This document shows positions 49,740 to 58,405 of a DNA stretch of 64,000 nucleotides, piece by piece. The position numbers and the translations under genes are program-made. The notes below the pieces were generated by a model. It was not told the origin of the DNA. It did not search any database and saw only the letters and a program-made list of their open reading frames with translations. The stretch's first letter is position 1, and every line of letters begins with the position of its first letter. Source of the DNA: Candidatus Methylomirabilis sp. GTDB lineage: Bacteria > Muiribacteriota > Ozemobacteria > Ozemobacterales > Ozemobacteraceae. The stretch spans positions 28,851-92,850 of the forward strand of contig DYKG01000002.1 in assembly GCA_020722725.1 (NCBI GenBank), in the 5' to 3' direction.

Positions 49740-50501
49740 TTACCAATTAAACAATTTTTTGAAAAAGCCCGGCCTCTTTTTTTCAACCCTTACCACAATG
49801 GCAGTAATATTATCGCTGCCACCATTTTCCAGAGCCTGCTGAATCAATGAATTAACCTGGGTTTCCGGTTCATTTGAAGATTGAAGAATTTTTTCAATCT
49901 GCGAATCTTCGACTTCACCAGTGAGACCATCTGAACAAAGAAGAAAAACATCATCATTAGATACTGGTCCGGATGAGATATCAACCTCAATATTGTCAGC
50001 ATGCCCCACATATCGGGTAATCGAATTTTTGTATGGGTGGTCCTTTTTTTCTTCTTCGGTTATCAAACCACGCAAAAACAGCTCTTCAACATAAGAATGG
50101 TCTCTGGTCAACTGTTTCAGCTTTCCTGAACGAAAAAGATATATTCTGCTGTCGCCGACATATCCGATGTAAAAATCATTTTCTTTGAATGCAAGCGCAA
50201 CGCAGGTACAGCCCATGCCTTTCTTCTCTGATCTTTCAGCAAGAGCTTGCCTGACAGCGCGATTCGCCCGGGCAAAGGATTCTTTCATCAAAGGTTCAAT
50301 GGCTGATGCGGTTGTAAAAGACTCTTCGAAGCATTTAACAATGCTCTCGCGCGTTGCAGCTGAAGCTATTTCGCCGGCCGACAACCCCCCCATGCCGTCA
50401 GAAACAATGAAATAGCCTTTTTCAGAGGAAACAAAAAAAGCGTCTTCGTTATGGTCTCTTACTTTACCCACGTTTGTAGCGCCAAATGCAGAGAAACGCA
50501 C
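49740..50501 (-). CDS. PP2C-family Ser/Thr protein phosphatase
   Basis: Motifs present are GKVRDHNEDAF, DGMGG, GDSR and GGSDNIT. Confidence 0.88.
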   Translation of the reverse strand: MRFSAFGATNVGKVRDHNEDAFFVSSEKGYFIVSDGMGGLSAGEIASAATRESIVKCFEESFTTASAIEPLMKESFARANRAVRQALAERSEKKGMGCTCVALAFKENDFYIGYVGDSRIYLFRSGKLKQLTRDHSYVEELFLRGLITEEEKKDHPYKNSITRYVGHADNIEVDISSGPVSNDDVFLLCSDGLTGEVEDSQIEKILQSSNEPETQVNSLIQQALENGGSDNITAIVVRVEKKRPGFFKKLFNW

Positions 50502-50517
50502 GAACCATCCTCCTCGG

Positions 50518-52326
50518 TTATTTCAAAGCTCCTAATTTCTCCTGAATATTGTATTGCTCAGGATACAGAAAAAGAGACATCTCAAGATATTGTTTGGCTT
50601 TGCCGGGCTTATTTTCTTCCATAAAAAAGTCTCCGAGAGTGTTTAAAAGAAATCGATCGTTAGGGTTACGAGTCCAGGCTTCCATGAAAAGCCTCAGAGC
50701 TTCTTTCCGTTTTTTTTGCCGAAGTTTAACCAATCCGGCAAAAGTAAAAAGATCAGAAGATGCTCGCAGTTTTATCAGTCTTAAATAAAACTCTTCGAGT
50801 TTTTCCAGCTTTCCATACTTATCACAGATATCAATCAGTCTGAGATTTGGATCAAGATATTCTACCTGCTTCTCCAGCAACTCAAAAGTTGATTTCCAGG
50901 CTTGAGCAAGTTCACCTATGGCCTTTTCGTATCTTTCCTGTTCCTTCTTGGTTTTATAGCTGGCTGAAGGCAGTGTTCTCAATTCATTTTCAAGATTACC
51001 GATGGCCGAATTAACAGCTGAAAGGTCAGGGGTAAGCAGTTGCAATTTCGGCTCCAGGACAAGACGCTGTCTTGCATCAACATCAAAGTAATGCGTCGAT
51101 GTTGCATATCCTTCTTTTGCAAAACTGATAAGATAACCCATGGGGGGCAGGCTTAGTTCAACCGGACTGCTGCCAACCAGATTTTTGTTTACATAAATAG
51201 TGGCGCCAGATGGGTAGGATTTTAAAACCAGTTGCGCCTGAGTGAACAAATAATAACCCTTAAAAACACCGAGAAATAGACCGGTAAAAGCAATAACAAT
51301 CAGTAAAACTCTGATTCCGTTTATTAATTCAACCGGAGGCTTAACCGAAAATTTCCTGGTCGGATGGGTGGCGGCACTGTGGTCATAATCTCCATTGTAG
51401 GCATCGTCTTCTTCGCCAGGAACCGCCTGGGTCAAATCTACCGCAGAAATATCATGGGAAGAATTGACCGGTTCTTCGTCATCCTGATCAATGTTCTTAA
51501 GAGCTTCGAGCATTTCTTTGCATGACTGGTATCGATGCTGGCGATCTTTTTCCATCGCACGCAAGATAATGTCATTCAGCTTAAGCGGCACCGCTTCGTT
51601 AATTTTCACAGGGGGAACCGGGGGTTCTTGAATGTGTTTCAGAGCTACAGCATTGGGACTGTCGCCTTCAAAGGGAAGACGGTCACAAACCATCTGATAA
51701 AGGGTAACCCCAATTGAATATATGTCCGAGCGGTAATCAAGGTCTCTTTTACCCAAGGCCTGCTCTGGTGACATATAGTCTGTAGAGCCCAGGGTAAGCC
51801 CTTCGCCGGTTTTACTGGTGTTCTTTCTTGCTTTTGCGATGCCAAAATCTGTCAGCTTCACATCACCATTTGCGGTTATAAGAATGTTGCTGGGTTTGAT
51901 GTCGCGGTGCACGACACCCAGATCATGGCAATGCTGAAGGGCAGAAAGAGCGCATGAAATGATCTTGATAACGTCAGCGAGGGTAAATCCCTGATCTGAT
52001 TTCATCAACCCTTCAAGAGAACTGCCATCAATGAATTCCATGATGAAGTAAGGCGGCAGGCCTTCCTGGGCACATTTTTCATGGGTTGCAATGTCAATAA
52101 TCTTAACGATGTTGGGATGCTCGTTAAGACGTTCCATGGTTCTGGCCTCGTCGAAGAAGCGAGAAACCACATCAGGCTCGTCAACCCAGTCTTCAAGCAG
52201 AAATTTAACCGCGGCTTTTTTCTCAAGAACCGAGTGTTGGGCAAGATAAACGGTCGCAAAACCACCATCCCCCAATTTCTGGAGGATGGTGTAATTGCCT
52301 GCTTTTTTGCTGGTGTAATCTGCCAA
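50518..52326 (-). CDS. Hanks-type Ser/Thr protein kinase with TM, extracellular PEGA-like domain and TPR repeats
   Basis: Motifs present are LGDGGFATVY...AVKFL, HRDIKPSNIL, DFGIAK and SPEQ. A TM follows (LLIVIAFTGLFLGVF). The ectodomain has SYPSGATIYVNKNLVGSSP...EGYAT (PEGA-like) and TPR repeats. Confidence 0.9.
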   Translation of the reverse strand: MADYTSKKAGNYTILQKLGDGGFATVYLAQHSVLEKKAAVKFLLEDWVDEPDVVSRFFDEARTMERLNEHPNIVKIIDIATHEKCAQEGLPPYFIMEFIDGSSLEGLMKSDQGFTLADVIKIISCALSALQHCHDLGVVHRDIKPSNILITANGDVKLTDFGIAKARKNTSKTGEGLTLGSTDYMSPEQALGKRDLDYRSDIYSIGVTLYQMVCDRLPFEGDSPNAVALKHIQEPPVPPVKINEAVPLKLNDIILRAMEKDRQHRYQSCKEMLEALKNIDQDDEEPVNSSHDISAVDLTQAVPGEEDDAYNGDYDHSAATHPTRKFSVKPPVELINGIRVLLIVIAFTGLFLGVFKGYYLFTQAQLVLKSYPSGATIYVNKNLVGSSPVELSLPPMGYLISFAKEGYATSTHYFDVDARQRLVLEPKLQLLTPDLSAVNSAIGNLENELRTLPSASYKTKKEQERYEKAIGELAQAWKSTFELLEKQVEYLDPNLRLIDICDKYGKLEKLEEFYLRLIKLRASSDLFTFAGLVKLRQKKRKEALRLFMEAWTRNPNDRFLLNTLGDFFMEENKPGKAKQYLEMSLFLYPEQYNIQEKLGALK

Positions 52327-52329
52327 AAA

Positions 52330-53508
52330 CTAGAACCCCAGTGCTGCCCTCAATTTTGAGAAAATGCCGCCTTCAGCTGCAATGACTTCTTCACCAACGA
52401 TGGTTTTCTGTAGGTTGGCAATAGCGTTAGTCAGGGCTGAAGATGGTTTTTCATCAATCAGCAACTTACCGTTGTTCGAAGTAAGAACCGCATCATCAGG
52501 AGAATAGGGCAAGGTAAAAATTTCGCGTTTAATGAAATTTTTTACTTCTTCTACGCCAATGCATCCCTCGCGGCCAACCTTATTCATCAACAATTTAACT
52601 TTTGAATCAGGGAATTTAAAGGTGTTCATAATCTCAAGAACTTTTCTGGCGGCAAGAAGTTGCCCAATTTCTGGAACAGCAGTCACATATATAAGGTTGG
52701 ATACTTCCCAGGCGGTAATTGAAATATCGTCGACTTCGGTCTTGAGATCAACGAGAACAAAATCATATTTGTTCTGAAGGCTCCAGAGAATTGCCTTAAC
52801 CTGATGAGCATTCACCAGTTCTGCCAGTTCTACTTTTTTGGGAGCAGGAAGATAATCATAACCGGAGCCCTTGTGAAGATATTTCTGGATATTTTCCGGT
52901 GTAATTTCGTGCTCATTAATAAGCTCAATAATACTTTGCCCGGGCTTGCCCTGCGAATAGGTAAGCACATCACCGAAGCGCAGATCAAGATCAACAATCG
53001 CGACCTTTTTATTGCCATGATCGCCCAGAGCTTTGGCAAGATTTACCAAAATAGTGCTGATGCCAGTGCCGCCTTTAGGGCTGTAGAACGAAATAATCTG
53101 CGAACCTTCGCGAGAAAGAGGTTTCAAAGTCTGCCAGAGATCACCTTCCGCCGTATCAACGAAAATAAATTCAAAGGTATCAAATTTAATTACATCGCGA
53201 TGACTCAGCACCATTGGCTCGTTTGCCGGAAGCTGATTGCTGTTGAGAAAGGTACCGTTGGCACTTCCTTTGTCGGTGAGTATTACTTTACCGTCTCTTA
53301 AGACAATGGTGGCGTGTAGGCGAGAAACCATATCACTAGCCAGCTGGAGGGTTCTACCTTCTTCTCGACCGACAGTAAATTCTTCAGCAGAAGAAAGTTC
53401 GAAAGGCTTACCAAGATAAGGTGGCGTATTTCCAACCAGAAATTTCTTCTTAACCTCGTCTGGAACAACAACCTTTCTGAAGACAGTTTTTTTGGATTCA
53501 TCAGACAT
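52330..53508 (-). CDS. FHA domain fused to a CpaE/TadZ-family ATPase-like domain with degenerate Walker A (KGGTGIS)
   Basis: The FHA motif is TVGREEGRTLQLASDMVSRLHATIVLRDGKVILTDKGSANGTFLN. The ATPase-like domain has FYSPKGGTGISTIL and IVDLDLRFGDV. It is paralogous to the ATPase domain of the 48510 gene. Confidence 0.8.
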   Translation of the reverse strand: MSDESKKTVFRKVVVPDEVKKKFLVGNTPPYLGKPFELSSAEEFTVGREEGRTLQLASDMVSRLHATIVLRDGKVILTDKGSANGTFLNSNQLPANEPMVLSHRDVIKFDTFEFIFVDTAEGDLWQTLKPLSREGSQIISFYSPKGGTGISTILVNLAKALGDHGNKKVAIVDLDLRFGDVLTYSQGKPGQSIIELINEHEITPENIQKYLHKGSGYDYLPAPKKVELAELVNAHQVKAILWSLQNKYDFVLVDLKTEVDDISITAWEVSNLIYVTAVPEIGQLLAARKVLEIMNTFKFPDSKVKLLMNKVGREGCIGVEEVKNFIKREIFTLPYSPDDAVLTSNNGKLLIDEKPSSALTNAIANLQKTIVGEEVIAAEGGIFSKLRAALGF

Positions 53509-53647
53509 TTAATCTATCCCCCCTGAGGTAGCTTGCTTTGGCGAAGTATACCATACCAGTGCCGCCAATTCAATTTAAAACTCAAGACAAGCTGAAATCT
53601 ATTAAATTGACAGGTTCAGGCAAAGATAATAATATTTAAACTTCAAA

Positions 53648-54259
53648 GTGATATATATGGAATCCTTTTCTGGCAAAAAATTTCAGCTGCTGGGAATAAT
53701 TTTTCTATTCCTGGCATTGTTTGCATTTCTGTTAAACTGGTTTCTGGCAAACCGACAGGTCATTGTGCCGCCTGACGATATAGGACCTGATGCAGTAGCA
53801 ATTCCTGATGTGGTTGGTCAGCCAATCAGCGAGGAAAACATCCTTGACAAGATCAAATTCAAGGAAATGCACGAAAAATATCAGGCTTCTTATCTGGAAA
53901 CCATAAACAAAATAAGCAAAACAGACACTACCAACATCGACATTAAAAGATACAGATATTTCTTCAGCGATTATGAAAAAGCCCGAAAAGAATACCGGCA
54001 AACCTTGAAAAAAGTCGAAGATTATCAGAAAGATTTTAAGCTGCGCTGCTTTGCTAAAATGCGATCATTGATTCTCGCGGTTCTTTTTCATGACAGAAAA
54101 ATGCAAAAGCGCATGACCAGATTCAATCCTGATTTACTGCTCGAAATAGGCGCATTGACTGAAATTCCTCAGTGTCCGAGTGGTGGAAAATATTCAATCA
54201 TCTATAAAGACGGGCGCCGATTTTTTCATTGCTCTATTCATGGCACCCTGAAGAATTGA
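53648..54259 (+). CDS. Membrane-anchored protein of unknown function with C-terminal Cys/His cluster
   Basis: An N-terminal TM is present (LLGIIFLFLALFAFLLNWFL). The C-terminus carries CPSGGKYSIIYKDGRRFFHCSIHG. Confidence 0.5.
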   Translation: MIYMESFSGKKFQLLGIIFLFLALFAFLLNWFLANRQVIVPPDDIGPDAVAIPDVVGQPISEENILDKIKFKEMHEKYQASYLETINKISKTDTTNIDIKRYRYFFSDYEKARKEYRQTLKKVEDYQKDFKLRCFAKMRSLILAVLFHDRKMQKRMTRFNPDLLLEIGALTEIPQCPSGGKYSIIYKDGRRFFHCSIHGTLKN

Positions 54260-54260
54260 T

Positions 54261-54422
54261 TATTTAGCCTGTCTGTCTCGCGCCGCAACCGGCTCTTTGC
54301 TTTCAATTTCCCCGTTAAAGAACATTTCAATCATTTCGATTATTGTTCTGACGAACAATACACCTACCCCTACAGAAAATAGAATTGTTAACACTACCGC
54401 GATTGAAAGTTCTTTTAACATT
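54261..54422 (-). CDS. Unannotated small ORF (53 aa) encoding a hydrophobic peptide, upstream of htrA
   Basis: The reverse-strand ORF encodes MLKELSIAVVLTILFSVGVGVLFVRTIIEMIEMFFNGEIESKEPVAARDRQAK. It is absent from the ORF track because it is under 60 aa. The call rests on ORF and hydropathy only. Confidence 0.3.
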
Positions 54423-54547
54423 TAAATATCTCCGCTTTTGAGTTCACGGCTTATATCGGCAAAAGCGAAAATAATCATGAGAGAAAAGAAAAAGCGACGC
54501 CGCCCGCCAATTAACCAGCAAGCCAGCGTCGCTATTCAGTTTAAGAA

Positions 54548-56041
54548 TTACTTTTCAGATTCTGCTTTTGCAGAATTTTTGCCAACAACTAAAAACAACG
54601 GCGACCCGCCACGATTAACCACAAATACCGAACTGTCTTTTCTTGCGCCCTCCTTGATTGCCGCCAGCAAGTCCTTTTCATTTTTCACTTCACGGCCGTT
54701 AACCTGGGTTATCACATCACCTGTCATCAGACCGCCCCGGTCAGCAGGAGATCCTGATCTGACCGAACTCACCACCAGACCTTCGCTGGATTCGATGCCG
54801 AGTTTTTTGGCTGTTTCCGGGTTTAGTTCTTGAACCCTGAAACCAAGCTTTTCAACGTCATCGGCTTCAACTGGCGAAATCGGGGCTGGTGCCATTTCAC
54901 CCGCTGCCAGTCCATAACTGTCGGGCATCCTTTCAAGCTTGATTTTTAAACTTTTAGGTTGACCGTTGCGCAGGATTTCAAGCGATATCTCTTTGTTGAT
55001 ATCCTGAGAAAGCACATATTTCTGAACATCGTTGGTACTTTTCATGCGGCGGCCGTCAATTGATCTAATAATATCCATAGGCTTCAGCCCGGCTTTCATA
55101 GCTGGAGAATTCTCTGCAAGCTGCACCACCACGGCACCATCTCGGTCGTTAAGATCGTAATGGCCGGAAAGTTCTTTTGTCAGAGGCTGCATCGTAATGC
55201 CAAGATAAGGCCTCTGAACTCGGCCGCTCTCTACAATCTGCTTGGATATTCTTGAAGCCATGTTAGAAGGTATGGCGAAGCCGATTCCCGAACCTGGTGC
55301 GTTGAAAATAAGGGTGTTGATTCCAATTACCCTTCCATTCAAATCAACAAGCGGCCCACCGGAATTACCCGGATTGATGCTTGCATCAGTCTGAATAAAA
55401 TCTTCGATCGCAGTAGCGCCAATTCCTGAACGGCCAAGAGCACTGACAACTCCAACGGTTACTGTCTGCTCCAATCCAAGCGGGTTACCGACTGCAATAC
55501 TCCACTGACCAACTTCAACCCGGTCTGAATCAGCAAACTCTGCTGCCTTAAGAGTGATGGGTGGTTCTATTTTAATTACTGCCAGATCTGTCTGAGGGTC
55601 TTGGCCGATGATTTTTGCCGGAACTTCAGTTTCATCGTGCAGCTTAACCGTAATTGAGCTTGAATCCTTAATTACGTGGTTGTTTGTAAGAATTGTTCCA
55701 TCTGAATTAATGATAACGCCTGATCCTGCAGCCTGGGTTTTGAAACTGTCCGGTTCAGGCATCTTGAACCCGGGAGTTTTGAAAAATCGGCGAAAGAATT
55801 CTTCAACCCCATCGTCTCCCTCTTCGCCGGGGGTTGACCACCTGATAGAATTCTGAGATTTTTTTTCAACACGAATATTGACTACTGAGGGTTTCAGCTT
55901 GCTCGCAACATTTACGAATGCCCGCTGCATCGACAAAGCAGCCCCCAGCCCAGGACTGTCAGATGCAAAAACCGGCTGGGCAATCATAGCCGCAAACAGC
56001 ATAAAAACAAGAAAAACCATTGATTTAGTTAAAAATTTCAT
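54548..56041 (-). CDS. htrA: Periplasmic serine endoprotease HtrA/DegP/DegQ (trypsin domain plus two PDZ domains)
   Basis: A signal peptide is present. The catalytic triad context is TNNHV, DLAVIKI and GNSGGPLV. Two PDZ domains follow. Confidence 0.9.
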   Translation of the reverse strand: MKFLTKSMVFLVFMLFAAMIAQPVFASDSPGLGAALSMQRAFVNVASKLKPSVVNIRVEKKSQNSIRWSTPGEEGDDGVEEFFRRFFKTPGFKMPEPDSFKTQAAGSGVIINSDGTILTNNHVIKDSSSITVKLHDETEVPAKIIGQDPQTDLAVIKIEPPITLKAAEFADSDRVEVGQWSIAVGNPLGLEQTVTVGVVSALGRSGIGATAIEDFIQTDASINPGNSGGPLVDLNGRVIGINTLIFNAPGSGIGFAIPSNMASRISKQIVESGRVQRPYLGITMQPLTKELSGHYDLNDRDGAVVVQLAENSPAMKAGLKPMDIIRSIDGRRMKSTNDVQKYVLSQDINKEISLEILRNGQPKSLKIKLERMPDSYGLAAGEMAPAPISPVEADDVEKLGFRVQELNPETAKKLGIESSEGLVVSSVRSGSPADRGGLMTGDVITQVNGREVKNEKDLLAAIKEGARKDSSVFVVNRGGSPLFLVVGKNSAKAESEK

Positions 56042-56166
56042 TATTTATCCTCCTTATCGCAATTCGATATTATTGACCGGCGGGCTTACAAAAAGTTCCA
56101 AATTTCGCCTTGACCTTTTACTTGCCAGATGATTAACTGTTTTCACCTCAAGGTCGGGAGAAATCA

Positions 56167-57096
56167 ATGAGAATAGTTGTCACTGGCGGTGCGGGATTCA
56201 TCGGTTCACACCTTACCGACGCCCTGATTGGTCAGGGCCATAAAGTGGTGGTAATAGACAATTTCATTACTGGCTCAAGAAAAAATCTGGAGCACCATGA
56301 AGGTTCTGACCAGCTCATGATTGTCGAGCATGATATAACCAAACCAGTCTATTTGGCAGAGAAGATAGATCGCATTTATCACCTGGCTTCTCCCGCCAGC
56401 CCGATTGATTATCAAAAGCTGCCGATTCAAACGCTCAAAGTTGGAGCACTGGGTACTCACAACGTTCTTGGCATGGCCAAGCATCATAACGCGAGAATTC
56501 TTCTGGCATCGACTTCAGAGGTTTACGGAGACCCCGAAATTCATCCACAAAAAGAAGATTATTGGGGCCATGTTAATCCGGTCGGCCCGCGTGGTTGCTA
56601 CGATGAATCAAAAAGATTTGCCGAAGCTATTGTCGTGGCATATCGTGATTACCACAAAGTCGACACCCGCATAATCAGAATCTTCAACACATATGGCCCA
56701 CGCATGCGATTAAACGACGGTCGGGTCGTTCCAGCCTTCGTTTCTCAGATATTAAAAAACGAAGACATAACCATTTTTGGCGAAGGCCTGCAAACAAGAA
56801 GTTTCTGCTACGTATCAGATCTTGTCAGGGGAATAATGGGCGTCATGGAATGCAACTACAAAAATCCGATCAACCTTGGGAATCCGTCTGAAATCACGAT
56901 TAAAGAATTTGCCGATAAGATTATTTCTATTTCCGGCGCACAACGTAAAATGGTATATTGCCCACTGCCGGTCGATGACCCGCAAAGACGTAAACCCGAC
57001 ATTTCCCTGGCGATGTCTATTCTAAACTGGCAGCCGGTCGTTTCTCTGGAAGAAGGATTGAAGCTAACAATTGAGTGGGCAGGAAAAAATGTCTGA
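56167..57096 (+). CDS. UDP-glucuronate decarboxylase (UDP-xylose synthase, SDR family)
   Basis: Motifs present are VTGGAGFIGSHL, ASTSEVYGDP and YDESKRFAE, with a UXS-like C-terminus. Confidence 0.85.
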   Translation: MRIVVTGGAGFIGSHLTDALIGQGHKVVVIDNFITGSRKNLEHHEGSDQLMIVEHDITKPVYLAEKIDRIYHLASPASPIDYQKLPIQTLKVGALGTHNVLGMAKHHNARILLASTSEVYGDPEIHPQKEDYWGHVNPVGPRGCYDESKRFAEAIVVAYRDYHKVDTRIIRIFNTYGPRMRLNDGRVVPAFVSQILKNEDITIFGEGLQTRSFCYVSDLVRGIMGVMECNYKNPINLGNPSEITIKEFADKIISISGAQRKMVYCPLPVDDPQRRKPDISLAMSILNWQPVVSLEEGLKLTIEWAGKNV

Positions 57097-57640
57097 ATCA
57101 ATTAGACTTACCCCGCAGATTGAGCGGATTCTCATTTCTCCCGAACAGATCGCCGTCCGAATAAAAGAACTGGGCGCTGAGATAACCCGAGACTATGCAG
57201 GAAAAGAGATCGTCATCCTATGTATTCTCAAGGGTGCATTTCTCTTTACAAGTGATCTTTGCCGCTCTATCGGGGTGCCGCAAAAACTTGATTTCATGGC
57301 GGTCAGCAGTTATGGAGATTCCACCCGAAGCTCAGGCATTGTAAAAATCGATAAAGATCTTTCTGAAAGCATTCAAAATCAGCACGTTTTAATTGTCGAA
57401 GACATTATCGATACTGGTTTAACTCTTTCTTACATTGAAAAAATTCTGCTCGATCGCAAACCGGCAAGCATAAAAATCTGCGTTTTGTGTAATAAACCAT
57501 CCAATCTGCAGCAGCATGTTAAAGTAGACTATTGCGGATTCACTATTGAAAACGAATTCGTTGTGGGGTATGGCCTTGATTTTAAGGGTTACCTCAGAAA
57601 TCTGCCTTATATTGGCGTGGTCAAAAAAGAATATCGTTAG
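57092..57640 (+). CDS. hpt: Hypoxanthine-guanine phosphoribosyltransferase
   Basis: The PRPP-binding motif VLIVEDIIDTGLTL is present. The start is set at ATG 57092 (MSESIRL), which overlaps the uxs stop. The ORF-track start at 57071 is less likely. Confidence 0.85.
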   Translation, partial: SESIRLTPQIERILISPEQIAVRIKELGAEITRDYAGKEIVILCILKGAFLFTSDLCRSIGVPQKLDFMAVSSYGDSTRSSGIVKIDKDLSESIQNQHVLIVEDIIDTGLTLSYIEKILLDRKPASIKICVLCNKPSNLQQHVKVDYCGFTIENEFVVGYGLDFKGYLRNLPYIGVVKKEYR

Positions 57641-57651
57641 GAAGATATTCG

Positions 57652-58308
57652 ATGGTTACTTTCAAATTTGGAAATTTAATCTGTGAACGCTGGATTCTTG
57701 GGCCATTGGAAGTTAACACCTATCTGGTTTACGACAAAAATGTTGAAAACGCCTTACTTATTGACCCTGCCGATGAATCTCCAGAACTTCTCAGCCACAT
57801 TCGCGAGCTAAATTTAAATAAAATTTTGATTTTTTTAACCCATGGTCATGCAGACCATATTTTAGGGGTGAACTTTTTTCGCAAGAAGATTCCCGCCCGG
57901 GTCATGATTTCAGCTGAAGATGCTCCAATGCTGGCAGACCCGCACCTGAACCTTTCAAGCTATCTTGGTGAAGATCTCGCGGTTGAACCCGCTGAAAATA
58001 TTGCCACAGAGGGTCAGAAAATTGAAATAGGCTCGTTTTCGGGTGAATTGATTAAAATCCCCGGGCACACCCCCGGCGGAATGATACTGGTTTTTCCAGG
58101 AGCGATATTCAGTGGCGACACACTTTTTGCAGGTTCAGTGGGGCGATCAGATTTCCCGGGCGGCGATGGGCGTGCCTTGGTCGATGGCATAAAGACAAGA
58201 ATCTTAAGTTTGTCGGATCGCCAGGTTTTCCCGGGCCACGGTCCAGAAACTACAATTTCTGAAGAAAAGCAGAATAACCCCTTTTTCAGGACTTTTTTCA
58301 GTTTCTGA
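57652..58308 (+). CDS. MBL-fold metallo-hydrolase (glyoxalase II-like)
   Basis: The metal-binding motif is FLTHGHADH, with downstream His/Asp ligands. Confidence 0.8.
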   Translation: MVTFKFGNLICERWILGPLEVNTYLVYDKNVENALLIDPADESPELLSHIRELNLNKILIFLTHGHADHILGVNFFRKKIPARVMISAEDAPMLADPHLNLSSYLGEDLAVEPAENIATEGQKIEIGSFSGELIKIPGHTPGGMILVFPGAIFSGDTLFAGSVGRSDFPGGDGRALVDGIKTRILSLSDRQVFPGHGPETTISEEKQNNPFFRTFFSF

Positions 58309-58405
58309 TTTTATTCAATCAGCTTTCCCAAGCCTTATTTGTCTCGTTGACAGTTCAACTTTCGAATGATAAGATGCAAAGAAAAAACCGGGAAAGGATT
58401 GAAAC

